Counted from the stretch's first letter, positions 38,421 through 52,157 are shown. The stretch: 64,000 nucleotides of DNA from Felis catus (GCF_018350175.1 NC_058368.1:151654001-151718000); one strand, 5' to 3'. Numbers and translations are program-made. Notes: generated by a model not told the origin, from the letters alone.

Positions 38421-38649
38421 TTGTTTTCTTTTGGGAGACTTCTTCGAGGAGACAGCATATAAGCAAGCATTAAGAGATGAGAATATAAAGGAGTTGTTCT
38501 ATTAAAAAAAAGTAATGTGAGTATATTGTAAATAGAGAAGGAGAAAGTCATTCAAGAATATGTATGAACGTCTACCACCACCAAGTAGTACATGACATTT
38601 TATTATATTCCATGTGAAAAAATTGTAAGACCAAAAGATGGTGTTTTTT

Positions 38650-38843
38650 AATTATTATTATTTTTTATTATGAAATCTATCGTCCAGTTGGTTTCCATAC
38701 AACACCCAGTGCTCATCCCAACAGGTGCCCTCCTCCATGCCCATCACCCACTTTCCCCCACCTCCTACACCCCATCAACCCTCAGTTTATTCTCAGTTTT
38801 TAAGAGTCTCTTATGGTTTGGCTCCCTCCCTCCCTAACTTTTT
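38650..38843 (-). mobile_element. Severely 5'-truncated carnivore/felid L1 3' end
   Basis: ttggtttccatacaacacccagtgctcatcccaacaggtgccctcctc...cccatcaaccctcagtttattctcagtttttaagagtctcttatgg; 15-bp TSD aagatggtgtttttt at 38635-38649 and 38844-38858. Confidence 0.93.
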
Positions 38844-41600
38844 AAGATGGTGTTTTTTTTTTAATTGCTGTTTATATTTGAAATAAAGATGAAAACTTAG
38901 GTCTACTTAAAATACACTAGAGAAATTAAAATATAATTAGTGAGGAAGACATATTATTTATTTAGCAAAGTTTAGTGAAGATGAGGAAAAATAGGAATTT
39001 AAGGCATCATCCATAATTTTAAGTTGAAAAATATATACTTCTGTGATTTAAAATATGAAAATATTTTGGTTGTAAGCAGATCCTAGAAGTAATAAACCAA
39101 TGACACACACTCCCCCGATCCCTCCCTCTCTCCTTTTAAACTAATATCTCAGATTTCTGCTTACTCATCTTTCTTCTTTTAATGTTTTTTCCCCATAATA
39201 CAAATCTTATCTTTGGGGGTGATTTCTTTCAGATTAGAGAGATGCGAATTTATATTTAAATTGGAAGAATTTCACCTATACATTATCTTAAAGACACGAG
39301 TTTAGGCAGGGTCACTCTGAAAAATTTCTATGAAAGCATTTCACACACTGAGCTCTGAAGGATTATAAATGCTTTGGCATGACATCTGGGGGTGGTATTT
39401 TGAGAACAGCAGACTTCTGTAAAACATACACACATACACATTTGTATAACTCTCTATTCTGTCATAGACACAATTAGGTAGGAGCTATTTTATACATATA
39501 TTATAGTTGAAAAATAGGAATTGATAGAAAAAATAGGTGATGGAGATGGATTAGAGATAGAGATGGAAATGAAAATCCATTTTGCATCAGCTGCCTCATT
39601 CATGAGCTCTGGCTACTTAGGGTCTCCTGAGTAGATAAGCTAATATCACTTCCTCTCTCTTACACATCATTTGCTGTCTACTTATTGAGTCAAAGTGAGC
39701 TAATGACTTTATTGAGCTTTATTATAAGCAGTTTTGTGACAGTAGATTTATACTTGTTTTCATTCTTGACTTATGCCCCTGCCCCATAAGTGTCCACGTT
39801 GAATTTTTAATCTTTTTAATAGTAGCATCTTAAATGCCAGCCCTGCCAGGAAGTCTTTCCTGGTGCTTCCAGACATTTTAGATCCCTGCAAATTCCCACA
39901 GCATTTTGTTTATACGTCTTGAATGATGTGACTTGCCATGTCTTTTTTGGTGGGGCCATGGGTAGGTATTCCTTTGCTGCTAGAAACACTCTGTGAGAAA
40001 AATTGTCACATAATAGTATCTTGCTAAACATGTGTTGAGTTGCACTGAATTGAACTAAATTTGTAGACAACTTGTAAGCTGTTTGATTTAACAGTACCTT
40101 TTCGAGGCCCACTTATCTGTTCTATTGATAGCAGCTACATGTATCTTCCTAATTCTAGTTATATGTATACAGATATAAATAAGCTCATCCCTTCATGTAT
40201 TCAAATTACTAATTTTTTTCTGGGTATATATCTGTTGTTTATCAACAACATTATGGTAAAACTTTCATACTAATAAGCATCTATCACTATTCATTGCACT
40301 CTAAGCAGCTGTCATATTTTAAATGGTTTAATGACAGGAAAGCACAAATCTTTCAAGTACTTTCTATGAGCCTTATTTATCCACATTCTTATTATTTTGA
40401 GGTAGAAACACTAAATAATATATAAATAATTGTATAGGCAATGCAAATGTTAGCATCCTGATTGTAACCCAACAAGTGCATCATACTTTAAAACACAATA
40501 GCAACACAGTGAAGAGTTAAAACAATTTCATTGATTTTTATTTCTAGCTCTTAATGCATCATTGGTCTTCTTCCTTTCATGAGTCAATTTCCTTTACTAC
40601 TCTTGCTCATTCAGGAAATTTTTCTTCTATCATAGTTCTGCTACCATCACTAATAATTAAAATATATGTGAATATCCTAATGCTTAGCTGTAGTGATATT
40701 TCCAGAGACAATGTCAATGGAACTACTGTTTGTGGAAAAGTGCCTTATACTTTTGCTTTCCAAAAGTCATTTTTGGTACTCTCCTTTGATTAAGAGTCCA
40801 TGCTTCACTCAAACAGAAGTCTATCCTGAAATTTTGGTCCATTACATAATTTTCAGAAGCTGGAAGAAAGGCATTTGCATCATTTCTGTTCCCAGATCTG
40901 TTCAATATATACTTCCAGTCTGTCATGCCTGAAATTAATTTTTTACAATCTGGATCTTTACTATATGCTAAAAATTCAGTACAAAAAAGGACCTCCTTCT
41001 GCAGAGAATATGTAAGCCAGAACATCATGTTCCATCTTTATAATGAAACACATAGTTCCTATCAAAAGGCAAATTTTTTGTTTCAAAATGTTTGAAGAGA
41101 ATAATGCTTTAAAAGATTTCAAATAGTTACTTTTATGAAAGTGAAAAGATTTCTATGTCAAATATATTTTAGCCTGAATCATATAATTTCTGTATAAACC
41201 GAACAACATTTTATTTATTTAAAGCTATTTCCCACTCTGTATTTCATGCTTCTGAGGTTGGAAAACAAAAGCAAATAATCCCAGAAATAGTTTCTCTCAA
41301 AACACTCATGTTTAAGTGAATAGCTATTAAAATTCAAACTGCTAATATCGAGTTTTAAGCAAATGGTAATATACCATTTTGTCTCTCAAGAAGTTTATTA
41401 CCTTAATATTTTGTTTTCCTCAAAGTATGAAAGTACTTGTTTTGATCTTTCTAACTAGTGTAGGCCCTCCAAAATAAATTTCAAATATCAGAAAAACCAT
41501 ATGACAAACACACTCTGTATGATCTTTGAAAAATTAGTTACTTCTGAAAGTATGTTCATTCTTCTGTTAAATGGGGATATGTACATGTGAGAATATGTTG

Positions 41601-41604
<4 letters not shown>

Positions 41605-41644
<40 letters not shown>

Positions 41645-41653
41645 CACACACAC

Positions 41654-41716
<63 letters not shown>
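41605..41716. repeat. Palindromic compound microsatellite (TA)n-(CA)n-CACGTG-(TG)n-(TA)n
   Basis: Continuous purine-pyrimidine alternation, symmetric about 41653/41654. Confidence 0.97.
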
Positions 41717-42147
41717 ATATAAAGGCCATAACACAGGACCTGAATTACATTCTTCTCTTCCTCTTCCTCCTTCTTCTCCCTGCCTCACCACCACCCTTCC
41801 TCCTCCACCTGGTCCTCTTCCTCTCATTTCCCTTTCTCTTATTCCTTACTCTTCCTTAATTTCAAAAACAGAATTTTTCAAGGCTTCAGAACTACAGAGC
41901 ATTTGACCTGGGTCCAGGATTCAAAATGAGACTTGTATCACACCATAATCTCTCTTCTAACTAACTTTTAAATTTCCTCTAGAGGTTCTCTTGATTTTTG
42001 CATAATTTGCCACAGACTATGAGAATAAAACTTTCTCCTGTTTATATATTTCTTTATTTTTGCAAACACTGTATTTCTTAAAATTTTTGCTTAGTTCTTT
42101 TGGGTGCTATATTGCTTGGCGCATGGATGTTTGTTAACATTTGGCCT

Positions 42148-42189
42148 TATTTTTTTTTAAGTTTATTTATTTTTGAGGGGGTTGTGTGC

Positions 42190-42242
<53 letters not shown>

Positions 42243-42366
42243 CCCAAGCAGGCTCCGTGCTTTCAGTGCAGAGCCTAATGTGGGGCCTATCTCACAAATC
42301 ATGAGATCATGACCTGAGGCAAAATCAAGGGTCGAATGCTAACCCAATGAGCCATCCAGGCACTCC
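42148..42366 (-). mobile_element. CanSINE (older) with expanded (GA)n
   Basis: About 24 GA units at 42193-42240, then accccaagcaggctccgtgc...gagccatccaggcactcc. Confidence 0.94.
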
Positions 42367-43079
42367 TAATGTTTGACCTTTATAGTGTTTTCAAACCTAA
42401 ACAATAAATTTTTATTTATTAGTGGTGTTTTTTTTTTTGCATTAGCTTCTAATTTGTTTGATAATACTAACACTCATGTGATGTATTTATACAAAGTTTA
42501 TTAATAAATATTGGTGAATATTTCAGCTATGTGGATTCTTTTTGCTCTGGGTCCATAACCTATATAGCTAGCATTTTTTTCTATTGATCTGATATATTTA
42601 TTTTATTATCTGTACTTTATTTCGATTCATCTTTATATGAATGAAACCTTTATATGAAACCTTTATATGAGGTTTGCTGTTTGTCATCTTCTTTTCTGCA
42701 TAATTTTATTAGTTAGGGCATAACTAATATTTGATTTTCTACCACAGCTTTGATATTTACATTATATTGACTAATTATATGTTTACATTATATGTTTACA
42801 ATATGTTTACATTATATTGACTATATCTATAGTGGTCTATACTCTTATGTAGCATAAATAATATTGTGCTTTTGTACAACCCCTTTACCTGCTCTGTTAA
42901 TTTTTCACTGATCTTATCTATGCATTTGTACATCTGTACATTCATTCTTTTCTTTTTGTATTCTTATTACTATTGCTATGCCTACTCTTTGTTGAAAGTA
43001 AGTCTTATTTGGATTGCTTAACCAGTCAAAATCCAATTCTCTGATACAGCTACATATCACAAACTGATTATAAAGGGGC

Positions 43080-43530
43080 ACTACTTAAGTCACTTGGCTC
43101 CATGTGGCTGAAAACTCAACTTGCAGTGGCTTAAATAAACCAAAAGTTTATTTTTGTCACATCACCATATTCTGAAGGTGAGAAATCCAGGGCTCTTATG
43201 CCAGCTTTTATGACATTAGTGACTTGGTCTCCTGTAGGCTTTCTACCCAGCTAAGTTTAGAATGATATTCCACCACTAGGCTTATCATTCCAAGTTTGTA
43301 AGATGGCTAGACACCACTAGCATTTATCTGAGTTTTGGGGAAGAAGAATATTAAAGTCAAAGACAGAAGGTATGTGCCTTCCAAGTCTTTTCCTTTAAAA
43401 TGCCTATTTTTATCCACAAGAGAGGGTAAGGAATTTTGTATTTATCTGGATATGTTACTGTCCCATACAAAATCATGACTCTATTATAAAAATAAAGATG
43501 TAAAGAAAAGATCTTGCTTAGACAAGTAGC
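43080..43530 (-). mobile_element. Old MaLR LTR (MLT1-like)
   Basis: gaaaactcaacttgcagtggcttaaataaaccaaaagtttatttttgtcacatcac. Confidence 0.55.
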
Positions 43531-45784
43531 AAAGTCTGCCAAGGGGACTAACTTCCATGTCAGTATTACATGATTCCACTGACTCCCCGGACTCAACCCC
43601 CAGTCACTGCTGATTTGTTGTGTGGTGGACCCCAAACTTTGCGTAAAATAGATTTTCTTATGTGTCAATCGGGAATTATGATTCAAAGAGAATAGTTAAT
43701 CTGTGTTGGATGCTGAGGCTAAGAACCAAGGCTGGGGCATTCATTATCTACCATATGCATATTGAATTGGGGACAGTCCAGAGACAAAAGGGAAAAAAAC
43801 CCAAAATTCCTCTTCAGAAATTTCCAGAGCTTATGCATGTAAACTTCAGTAAACAAAGAGTAGTTTGTCTCCCTATTCCTTCGACACATTATCCTTTTTG
43901 TTCCAAATAGTTTGACACTGTTTTTGTTTCTCAATTCAAATATACAAAAGACTATGGTCTTCTCTTTGGCATTTATATTTTTGCTTTGTTTTAGTACTTC
44001 TATTCAGCTAGAATTTAAACTCTGTGGGAGCATGTGTCCCTATGTCTGTTAAATATTGTATTTCCCTCAGCCTAGCATTCCATTTTATCAATGAATTTTT
44101 GTTTAATGAATAAAGCTTTATTATAAACTTAGCACCCCTGATTCTTTTTATTATTTGATTTTTTGATTGGTTTCACTAGTAATTACTGGTTTGTATCTAT
44201 AGCAATATTCTCTTTTAAAAGTACATTTGTTGAAAGATATCTGGACAATGCTCTTAATGGTTCTATAGGAACAGTTAATTTTGGTGTTGTCAGTTATTTG
44301 AAAATATATTTTAAATGAGACTATCTTTCTTTTTTCTTCACAAAGGTTAGTGTTTGAGGAAACCAACAATTAGCATTTTCACATTCCCTACCACATTCAT
44401 AAGTCAACTGAGAAATAATATAAGAAGACAGAGATGGCAACCAAAATAACATCTCAATAGCGAGTATTCAAGGAAGAATTGGGTTTTATCTGTAGTCTAG
44501 TATGCTTCCTAATGCTGAACCTCCGAATTAGGCATACTCACTCATCCAGAAGTTCTGGAATAAGAAGAAAAGCATGCATTAAGTTACATTGCTCTTATGA
44601 GATAAAGTTCAAAGAAACTGAAGTGAAGAAACCCAGTTGGGAAAACTCTCCCAACAAAAGGTTAAAATGGGCATTACACAGTTAGCATATGGTGGGGTCT
44701 GTAATCCACTTATTCATAATTCCTCCTCTCAGAGTTCCATCATTACATTCTTCCATATGTTTGTATGGGAACATCCCCACTGTGAGGTCTTTGACAAAGC
44801 TCTTTCTTTTCTACACAGTATATTCAGGGCATCTAAATTCCCGTTTCCCTTTGGTCCTGTATTTTCTGCATTGCAGAATTGAACTGAGTGACCCTCCAGC
44901 CACAAAAACCACAGTTTCTTTATGAGCAGGCATGTTCAGATCTCTGGAAGAGACTGTTTCCACTGCATCTTATGGAAGTGCCTAGGCATAATAAATACAC
45001 TTGTGAAGCAAGTTTATGTTCTCAGACGTAATTAACCAATTCAAAATAAATGTGTAATCATGTAGCGAAAGTTAATTCTTGAGCCTTATGTAAAAGGCTA
45101 CATTAATTTTAGACTACCCTCCTCTTTCTTTCCAAATACTGAATGTAAAGTGGATTTGAGTTAGCTGATCTAGAACTTCCTGTCTAGGGATGGGGTTCAC
45201 GATTTATGTTAGAATTTTACTAGTCCACGAAACACATTGTTAGTCAGTTTAGAAGCAGTAATATTGTTTTCACCCCATTGCCATTAAGACTCAAGGAACT
45301 CACTCTCTGTGACCTTCCTCACCTCTGGACAATTAAATCTTTGCCTCAGCTGCTCCTGCTTTTGTGTGATCTGGTAAACGGAAAGAGGCCAGGAGTGTTT
45401 GATGAATAGAACCCATACTTACAGAGGAGAAACAAGCTTCCCTTGCCCCCCAAGTTCCCCACTAGTGCCATTGCTAGAAGAAAAACTCCAAGATCCAGCT
45501 ATAAACCCAATGAATGACTTAGTGCGGGGACAAATAAAAGATTGTATTTTATGTCTTTGATGCTAAAACTTCTGTTCTTGTGTGTGGGCTTTATATTCTT
45601 TGCCAAATTATCATCATGATGTGTCACATGGACTTGGCATTGAAGAGCACACTATCTTGGAGAGAAGTTTCATTCCCCTTCCCATACTCTGCACTGTAGA
45701 GTTTGGCTCTTAATAGCAGAGTATGTCTTCTGTATTTGAAAATTAAAAGTGTGTCAACTGGAGATGAACATTTCATTCCTGCCC

Positions 45785-46008
45785 TTTTTTTTTTTAATTT
45801 TTTTTCAACGTTTATTAATTTTTGGGACAGAGAGAGACAGAGCATGAACGGGGGAGGGGCAGAGAGAGAGGGAGACACAGAATCGGAAACAGGCTCCAGG
45901 CTCTGAGCCATCAGCCCAGAGCCTGACGCGGGGCTCGAACTCACGGACCGCGAGATCGTGACCTGGCTGAAGTCGGACGCTTAACTGACTGCGCCACCCA
46001 GGCGCCCC
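45785..46008 (-). mobile_element. Young CanSINE (SINEC_Fc-like)
   Basis: Near-identical to the copies at 17956 and 36187; TSD ctgcccttttt / ctgaccttttt. Confidence 0.98.
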
Positions 46009-46063
46009 CTGACCTTTTTCTTAGACTCTCAGAATTGGACTTAGGGTTTAGGCCTTTTCTTTC

Positions 46064-46305
46064 AGGTTTATTGGAGTATAACTTATAAGAAAAACTATAC
46101 ACTTTTATTTTAAATAATTGATGAGTTTAGATATATGCATACACCTGTGATACTATACATGTATTCAAGGTAATAAAGATATTCATTGCTTCCAAGTTTC
46201 CTTATGTCCATTTGTTTTGTTTTCTAGGTAATAACACTTATCATGAGATTTACCCTCTTCACAAACTTTGAAGTACACAAAACTGTATTGTTAACTATGC
46301 ACACT
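46064..46305 (-). mobile_element. L1M (L1MA/MB-like) 3' end
   Basis: gtttattggagtataactta...tgatgagtttagatatatgcatacacctgtga...catgagatttaccctcttcacaaactttgaagtacacaaaactgtattgttaactat. Confidence 0.8.
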
Positions 46306-47263
46306 CAAGCCAATTTTTGCATCTACTGTTTTCTTCTTCCAGGTCTGACATAATTGGTTATATGAGGGACTGAAATGTTGAGGCTATCCTCAGTATTATA
46401 TTCCCTATACTGCACCCAGAAGATTGATCATAATGACCAAGATTCTGTGACTCCAAGCCATTAATGTAGTTGTTCCAGTTCATAACTCCCTTGTTTGCAA
46501 CACCTGACCTCTGGTAGCACACCTTTCCAGAGAGAATGCCTAGGGATCCAACAGAAGATACTGTTCTTGGGTCCTAACCCATTAGGTGAGAGAATGTAGA
46601 AATTCTTACAGGATTTGGGACTTTGATTCATGTCATTCTTTTAAATAATAGTTGAGGATTATTTTTCTCTTTTGGACAATTTCATGGATATATTAGAGAG
46701 AAATAAGAAAAGGGGAGATTTTTTTATATTTGTATAAGAAGAACATTCTATTTATTTATAAAAGGCTGTTCATTTCTTAATATACATCTACTATTATTTT
46801 ACCTTTACATAAAAATGCAGAATATCTAATGCTACAATATTACTTTTGTCTTCCCCACCTTAGTTTGGTAAAAATGTCCCCCTTCTAGTCAGCCATAACC
46901 AGAAAATGACTTTGTCCTGCACCAAGGTAGGCTGTGGTATGCCCCTAAGAACACCAAGGGTTTCATAGTCAAGACAGGTCTTTCTGTGATAAATTTTACC
47001 TCCAGGGTATGCATCAGAATTATCAAAAAAAAAAAAAAAGAATTAAATGGAAACAGTGCCTAGAATACAGTTTTGAATATCATCCTCATTTTGTCTAAAA
47101 TTAGTTATCTTATTCCTACCTCATTAAACTTGAGCTTTTCATTCTGATTTTGAAAAAAAGGAAAGAAAATTGCAACTAATAAGGTAATCAACAGGCCACC
47201 TTCAGAATACTATTATTTAATGATGGGACTAGTATATTTACAATGCAATTGTGTAAGTAGAAG

Positions 47264-47398
47264 TTTTCTCCCTCCCTCCTTTCCTTCCTTTCTCTCTCTC
47301 CTTCCCTCTCCTTCCTTTGCTCCTTCCTTCCTTCCTTCCTTCCTTCCTTCCTTCCTTCCTTCCTTCCTTCCTTCCTTCCTTCCTTCCTTCCTTCTTTT
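47264..47398. repeat. (CCTT)n polypyrimidine microsatellite
   Basis: About 135-nt near-pure pyrimidine tract with a long perfect CCTT run. Confidence 0.97.
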
Positions 47399-49040
47399 AT
47401 GTTTTAAGAAAGTTTTAGCTCCACATCTTATGTGCATTCCTCATGTAGGGACAAAATGGACCGGAATAAACAAATGTGCGAAAACTGTATTCAGAGTTGC
47501 TCTGTATAATTAATGAGTCATCATCTCCCTTAAGCAGAGAATCAGGATGTTATTAGATTTTGCTGACTGTGATTACTAGTTTGGAATCTCTTGCTTGCCA
47601 TTCTGACTTGCCATTTTCTCATCCTTAAGATCTTAATCTTTACCAGTATTCATGTCATGAATGTTGAATCCAAAGGATCTGACCCTGACCTAAAAGACTT
47701 CAACCCCACTTTCCTCTAGACCTGTGAGCCTCTAAAGAGAAGTAAGAACATTCTTTTCCAAATGCTACTAACCTCGGTTGGCTGAGTTACCGGACTAACT
47801 TATAATATTTAACTATTCAGTAATAATATGTGGGCAATAACAATTTTATTTTGTCAAACTGCCACACTGAGATTTATGTGGATGAAGTGAAATTTCACAG
47901 TGATAAAAATTAATAAGCCAAATTAGGTAAATTCTTTTATGAGTGAAGGAAACATAATCTGTCATTTCCAGTTTGTGAAACAAAGGTAGCTCAGAGAGTG
48001 CATCCAGTCATATCCTGTGTGTTATTCAGCATCCTTAGTCGCTTTTCAGGCCCTTTTGTTTTCTTATTTGTATTTTTTCTTTCTAAATTGTTGGAGTTAT
48101 TTAGTCCTTCCTCTCTCTATACACTTCACACACACTATTACATGGTTAATTAATAACATCATCTCACATATAGAGTATCTCTTGAATCACTTGTCATTTG
48201 CTACAATGTCAAATGTGCAATATATTTAGTTAAAGCAAAAATACCACCACTGCATTGAATTTGTTCTATTTGGTGATATTACATTATAACTGTCCCAAAT
48301 TTGTGTTTGTCTTTCTATCTTGAATACTATTGTCTTACCCCATGCCTTCAGAAAATTCTGCTTGCCTGAACTACAGGATTTACAAAACTTTCTACTTTCC
48401 TGCCACAATTTTCTTTCTACACTGCTTTTTTGTGCCATTTTGATACTAGAGTTACCCATCTGAAAACCAGAAATAATTATGTAATTCCCTCCCATAAAAC
48501 CTTTACCAACTGTCTTTTGCATATGGATCCCCTCAGTTTGATCTAACTGCTTTTGGAATCTACCTCGAACTTGGATTTAGTAGATGTTCTTCTCTATAGT
48601 CTAAGTGATGCTCTTGTACTTTTAATAATAAAAAAACACAGGTCCAAGGAGAATTCTGGTTTTACATCCAGCAGGAGCAGATATATAGCACATTTAAATG
48701 TCAGTTGTGGTGTTACTCTTCCAGAATAGTCTGTAAATAAAGACAGACCCAAAAACTCTAAAAACAAAGCATTTAAGCCCAGAAACCTCACATCTCAAAA
48801 CATCTTATACAGAATGGTCCAACAGAAGTGTAAACTCTTAAATGGTTCAACAACCAAAGTAACTCCAGGCAATGGAGTCCTTTCACCATGAATCCATGGT
48901 GAAAGTCAGGAGGTATAATCATCTTAAATGTCTGAGCAGTCACCTTCATTAAATTTATATTTACTCAGAGGAACAGGTGGTTGATGGAAGGTCCCTGGGT
49001 GATTAGAAAACTAAGAGTGAGTGTAAAATTATCTCTTGCC

Positions 49041-49430
49041 TTGTATTATTAGTCAACTTGTGTTGCTTTAATGAGCAACTCTGAAATCATAGTCACTTAC
49101 AACAAAAGACATTTATTTTTTGCCTGCAGGTTTGTAGGTTAGCTCTGCTTTACTCCACGTCTTCTCATCCTAGAATCCAAGCTGAAGACAGATATCTTAG
49201 ATATGTTGTTCTCTTGGCAGAGGAGAGAAGCAAGAGCCCAACCAAACCATGCAGGCACATTTAAAGCTTAAGTGGAGAAGGTATAGATCCATTGGCAAAA
49301 AGCAAGTCACATGGCTGATTCTGACAATGAGGTAGGAAACTGTCTACCTAAGAAAGGCATGGTAACTGGGGGTGAATTATACCTGTAGAGAAGAAAGAGT
49401 GGATAACTGAGAACAATAATAAAATATATC
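49041..49430 (-). mobile_element. Old MaLR LTR (MLT1-like)
   Basis: ctgaaatcatagtcacttacaacaaaagacatttatttt...ccattggcaaaaagcaagtcacatggctga. Confidence 0.7.
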
Positions 49431-50887
49431 ATAGATCTCAAATATACTATACCTACGATTCTTCCCTACTTCTCATTTGGAATTCCTCATTTCAAGAAAA
49501 TATTGTGTATGGTCAGCCTTGTCTTAGAGTACTGTGAATATTTGGTATCATATGGGCTCAGGTTATATAGGACATAAGATAATCAGCTATAATAGAATGA
49601 ATTACAACTTTTAAGCACCAAGTAGTTATTTTTATAATTATTTCTGTATATATCTTGGGTTATTGGATCACAATCTAAACTTTTCAGACATGTATATACC
49701 ATACATAAGGCATTTTCTTTTAGTACCACCTGGCAACTTCTCTCATGCATGCTTCTTCATTTTCTGATACTAAAGTGCCTTCACATATGGTTTTCCACCC
49801 CTTTTTCTCTGTGTGCATGGTTGCCGCTGGTATTATGGGTGGACATAATACATACTACCAATATACTGCATTTATATAATATTTTAGGAAGGTTCCCTGT
49901 ACTTCCAGGTTAGGTGAATGTCATACTTTACACATATTTGTATGCAAGGATCCATAAAAAACATTCTTTAAAGATATTAATCAATAATATGAACACAGAT
50001 TTGAGACAATGCTATTATACCACATATAAAGTCTCAAAATAAGTACATGACTTTGAGATTTAGGGTGGATAACCAATTCAGAATTCCAAGAAACTAAAAA
50101 TTCTGAAGAATTTAATAAGTCTTCATGAGTTCCTATTGGGTATTTGATTTTTGCTTGCAAGTTTAGCCATTTATAGATAAGAAATTAAACAGAAATTGGA
50201 CTCTCTGAGCTTATAAAAGTATAGTCAAACATGAGACATATCTAAGAGTGAGTTAGAATAAGGACCTGCTGTGAGGTCATTGGAGAAAAAAAAATAGGGA
50301 TAATAGCTGAATACAGGGCTTGCACTGAATGATGAAAAATTCAACCTTTTCTTTACTCTAATTTGCAATTTTGTTCCCATGAGATTTCCCCCCATTTTTT
50401 AGCCTCTTATCTTTGCTATGCTGACTCTCCCAGAAGTCATACAATAGTGATGACATGTACATGAAATATGAGTAAAACTGCTATTGTTACACTCACTTCC
50501 TATATCAGGATGGTGAAATTTGATGTTTATTTTTCCATTTATCATGAAGAATCTCAGGATGGAGTGTTTTTTAATCAATTTATGTAATTATCTAGTTTGT
50601 GGATTATTCCCCTGGTGCTTAATTTGCTAATTTCCTACAGACTGAATGAAATCTGTCTGTTGTGTTGTTAATTGGACAGCAATACAAAAAGAAGTAAATA
50701 TTTTGTCTATCCATTTTGCTACAGGATAATTGCACTAATAAAATTTCATAATAAATCATTGATTGAAATTCTAGAATGAGATAATGGTCAAGTAGGAAGA
50801 GAAGGTTTTACTTTGTTGCATTTCTCTTTGCTAATTCTATGTGTGTCCTATAGCAATTTTGCTACTCTTTGTTGTTTGATCGATACA

Positions 50888-51117
50888 TTTTTTTAATATA
50901 TGAAATTTATTGTCAAATTGGTTTCCATACAACACCCACTGCTCATCCCAAATGATGCCCTCTTCAATACCCATCACCTACCCTCCCCTCCCTCCCACCC
51001 CCCATCAACCCTCAGTTTGTTCTCAGTTTTTAAGAGTCTCTTATGCTTTGTCTCTCTCCCACTCTAACCTCTTTTTTTTTCCTTCCCCTCCCCCATGGGT
51101 TTCTGTTAAATTTTTTT
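50888..51117 (-). mobile_element. Severely 5'-truncated carnivore/felid L1 3' end
   Basis: aatttattgtcaaattggtttccatacaacacccactgctcatcccaaa...cccatcaaccctcagtttgttctcagtttttaagagtctctta; homologous to 38650-38843. Confidence 0.92.
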
Positions 51118-51510
51118 AAGGATGTATACTAATTTTAAAATCTGTAAGGCACCAAATCTTGCACAAGTATTTAATATTTATTTGTGGTACTTTGGAAAGA
51201 GTGAGAAGGCTGGATTTTTGATCAAACATTAAAAAACTAAGTCAGTAAATATTAGTTAAATATTAAGTAATCAGAAAGGGAACCAGTTCAATATGGGGCC
51301 TACTGATTATGTGACAGAGAAAAAAGATACTGCACTTATAGCATCTTTTTACTGCCCTCTTTTCATTCTCTTCTGGGTAGGAAGTTGACTTACTTGATCA
51401 GTTAAGAGATCTGTGGGTGACAGGTAGAGAGGATGATGGGGAGATTAGGGGGAATGTTCAGTCTTCAGCCACCTACAAAGGAGAAGGTAATATCTGGAAG
51501 AAATACATTT

Positions 51511-51512
<2 letters not shown>

Positions 51513-51548
<36 letters not shown>
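51513..51548. repeat. (AC)n microsatellite
   Basis: 18 perfect units. Confidence 0.97.
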
Positions 51549-51550
<2 letters not shown>

Positions 51551-51702
51551 GGTGAAGAAGTCAGAGAAGCTTGACAAAAGAGAGAAGAGAAAAGTGAATT
51601 TAAAATGCAGCAGGGGATGGGGCATATCAAAGGGATGTAAGAGCCAACCTGAACTATCTCTCAATGGTCAAACCTGGAACAAATTGAGCAACAAAATAAA
51701 TA

Positions 51703-52157
51703 GTATAATTTTATCGGCTTCCTACGGCTGCTGTAACAAATTACCAGAAACCAAGCGGCTTAAAACAACAGGAATTGACTTTACCAGTTCTGGAGTCTAG
51801 AAATCTGAAAAACAGGTGTTAACAGAGCAACGCTGTCTCTGAAGTCTCCAGGGGAGGATTTTCCCTAGCCTCTTTTCTGCTTCTAGCAGTTGCCAGCAAT
51901 CCTTGGCATTATGGTTTATAAGGCGTATCATTCCAGTCTCTACCTCTGCCATGGTGTTTACTCCTGTAAGTATGCCAAATTTGTCTCTTCTTATAAGGAC
52001 ACCACTGATACTGGATTTAGGGCCCACCCTAATACCCTAATTCAGTAAGACCTCACTGTAACTTGATTAAATATGCAGAGACCCTATTGCCAAATAAAGT
52101 CACATTCACAGAATTGGATGGGCATGAAACTTGAGAGGTACTACTCAACCCAATACA
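51703..52157 (-). mobile_element. Solo MaLR LTR (MLT1B/C-like)
   Basis: ggctgctgtaacaaattaccagaaaccaagcggcttaaaacaacagg...cttataaggacaccactgatactggatttagggcccaccctaat...actcaacccaataca. Confidence 0.9.

Noticed and set aside
1..46008. CanSINE heads as tRNA genes
   Set aside because: They are tRNA-derived but followed by SINE body, CT tract, A tail and TSDs, with no intact cloverleaf
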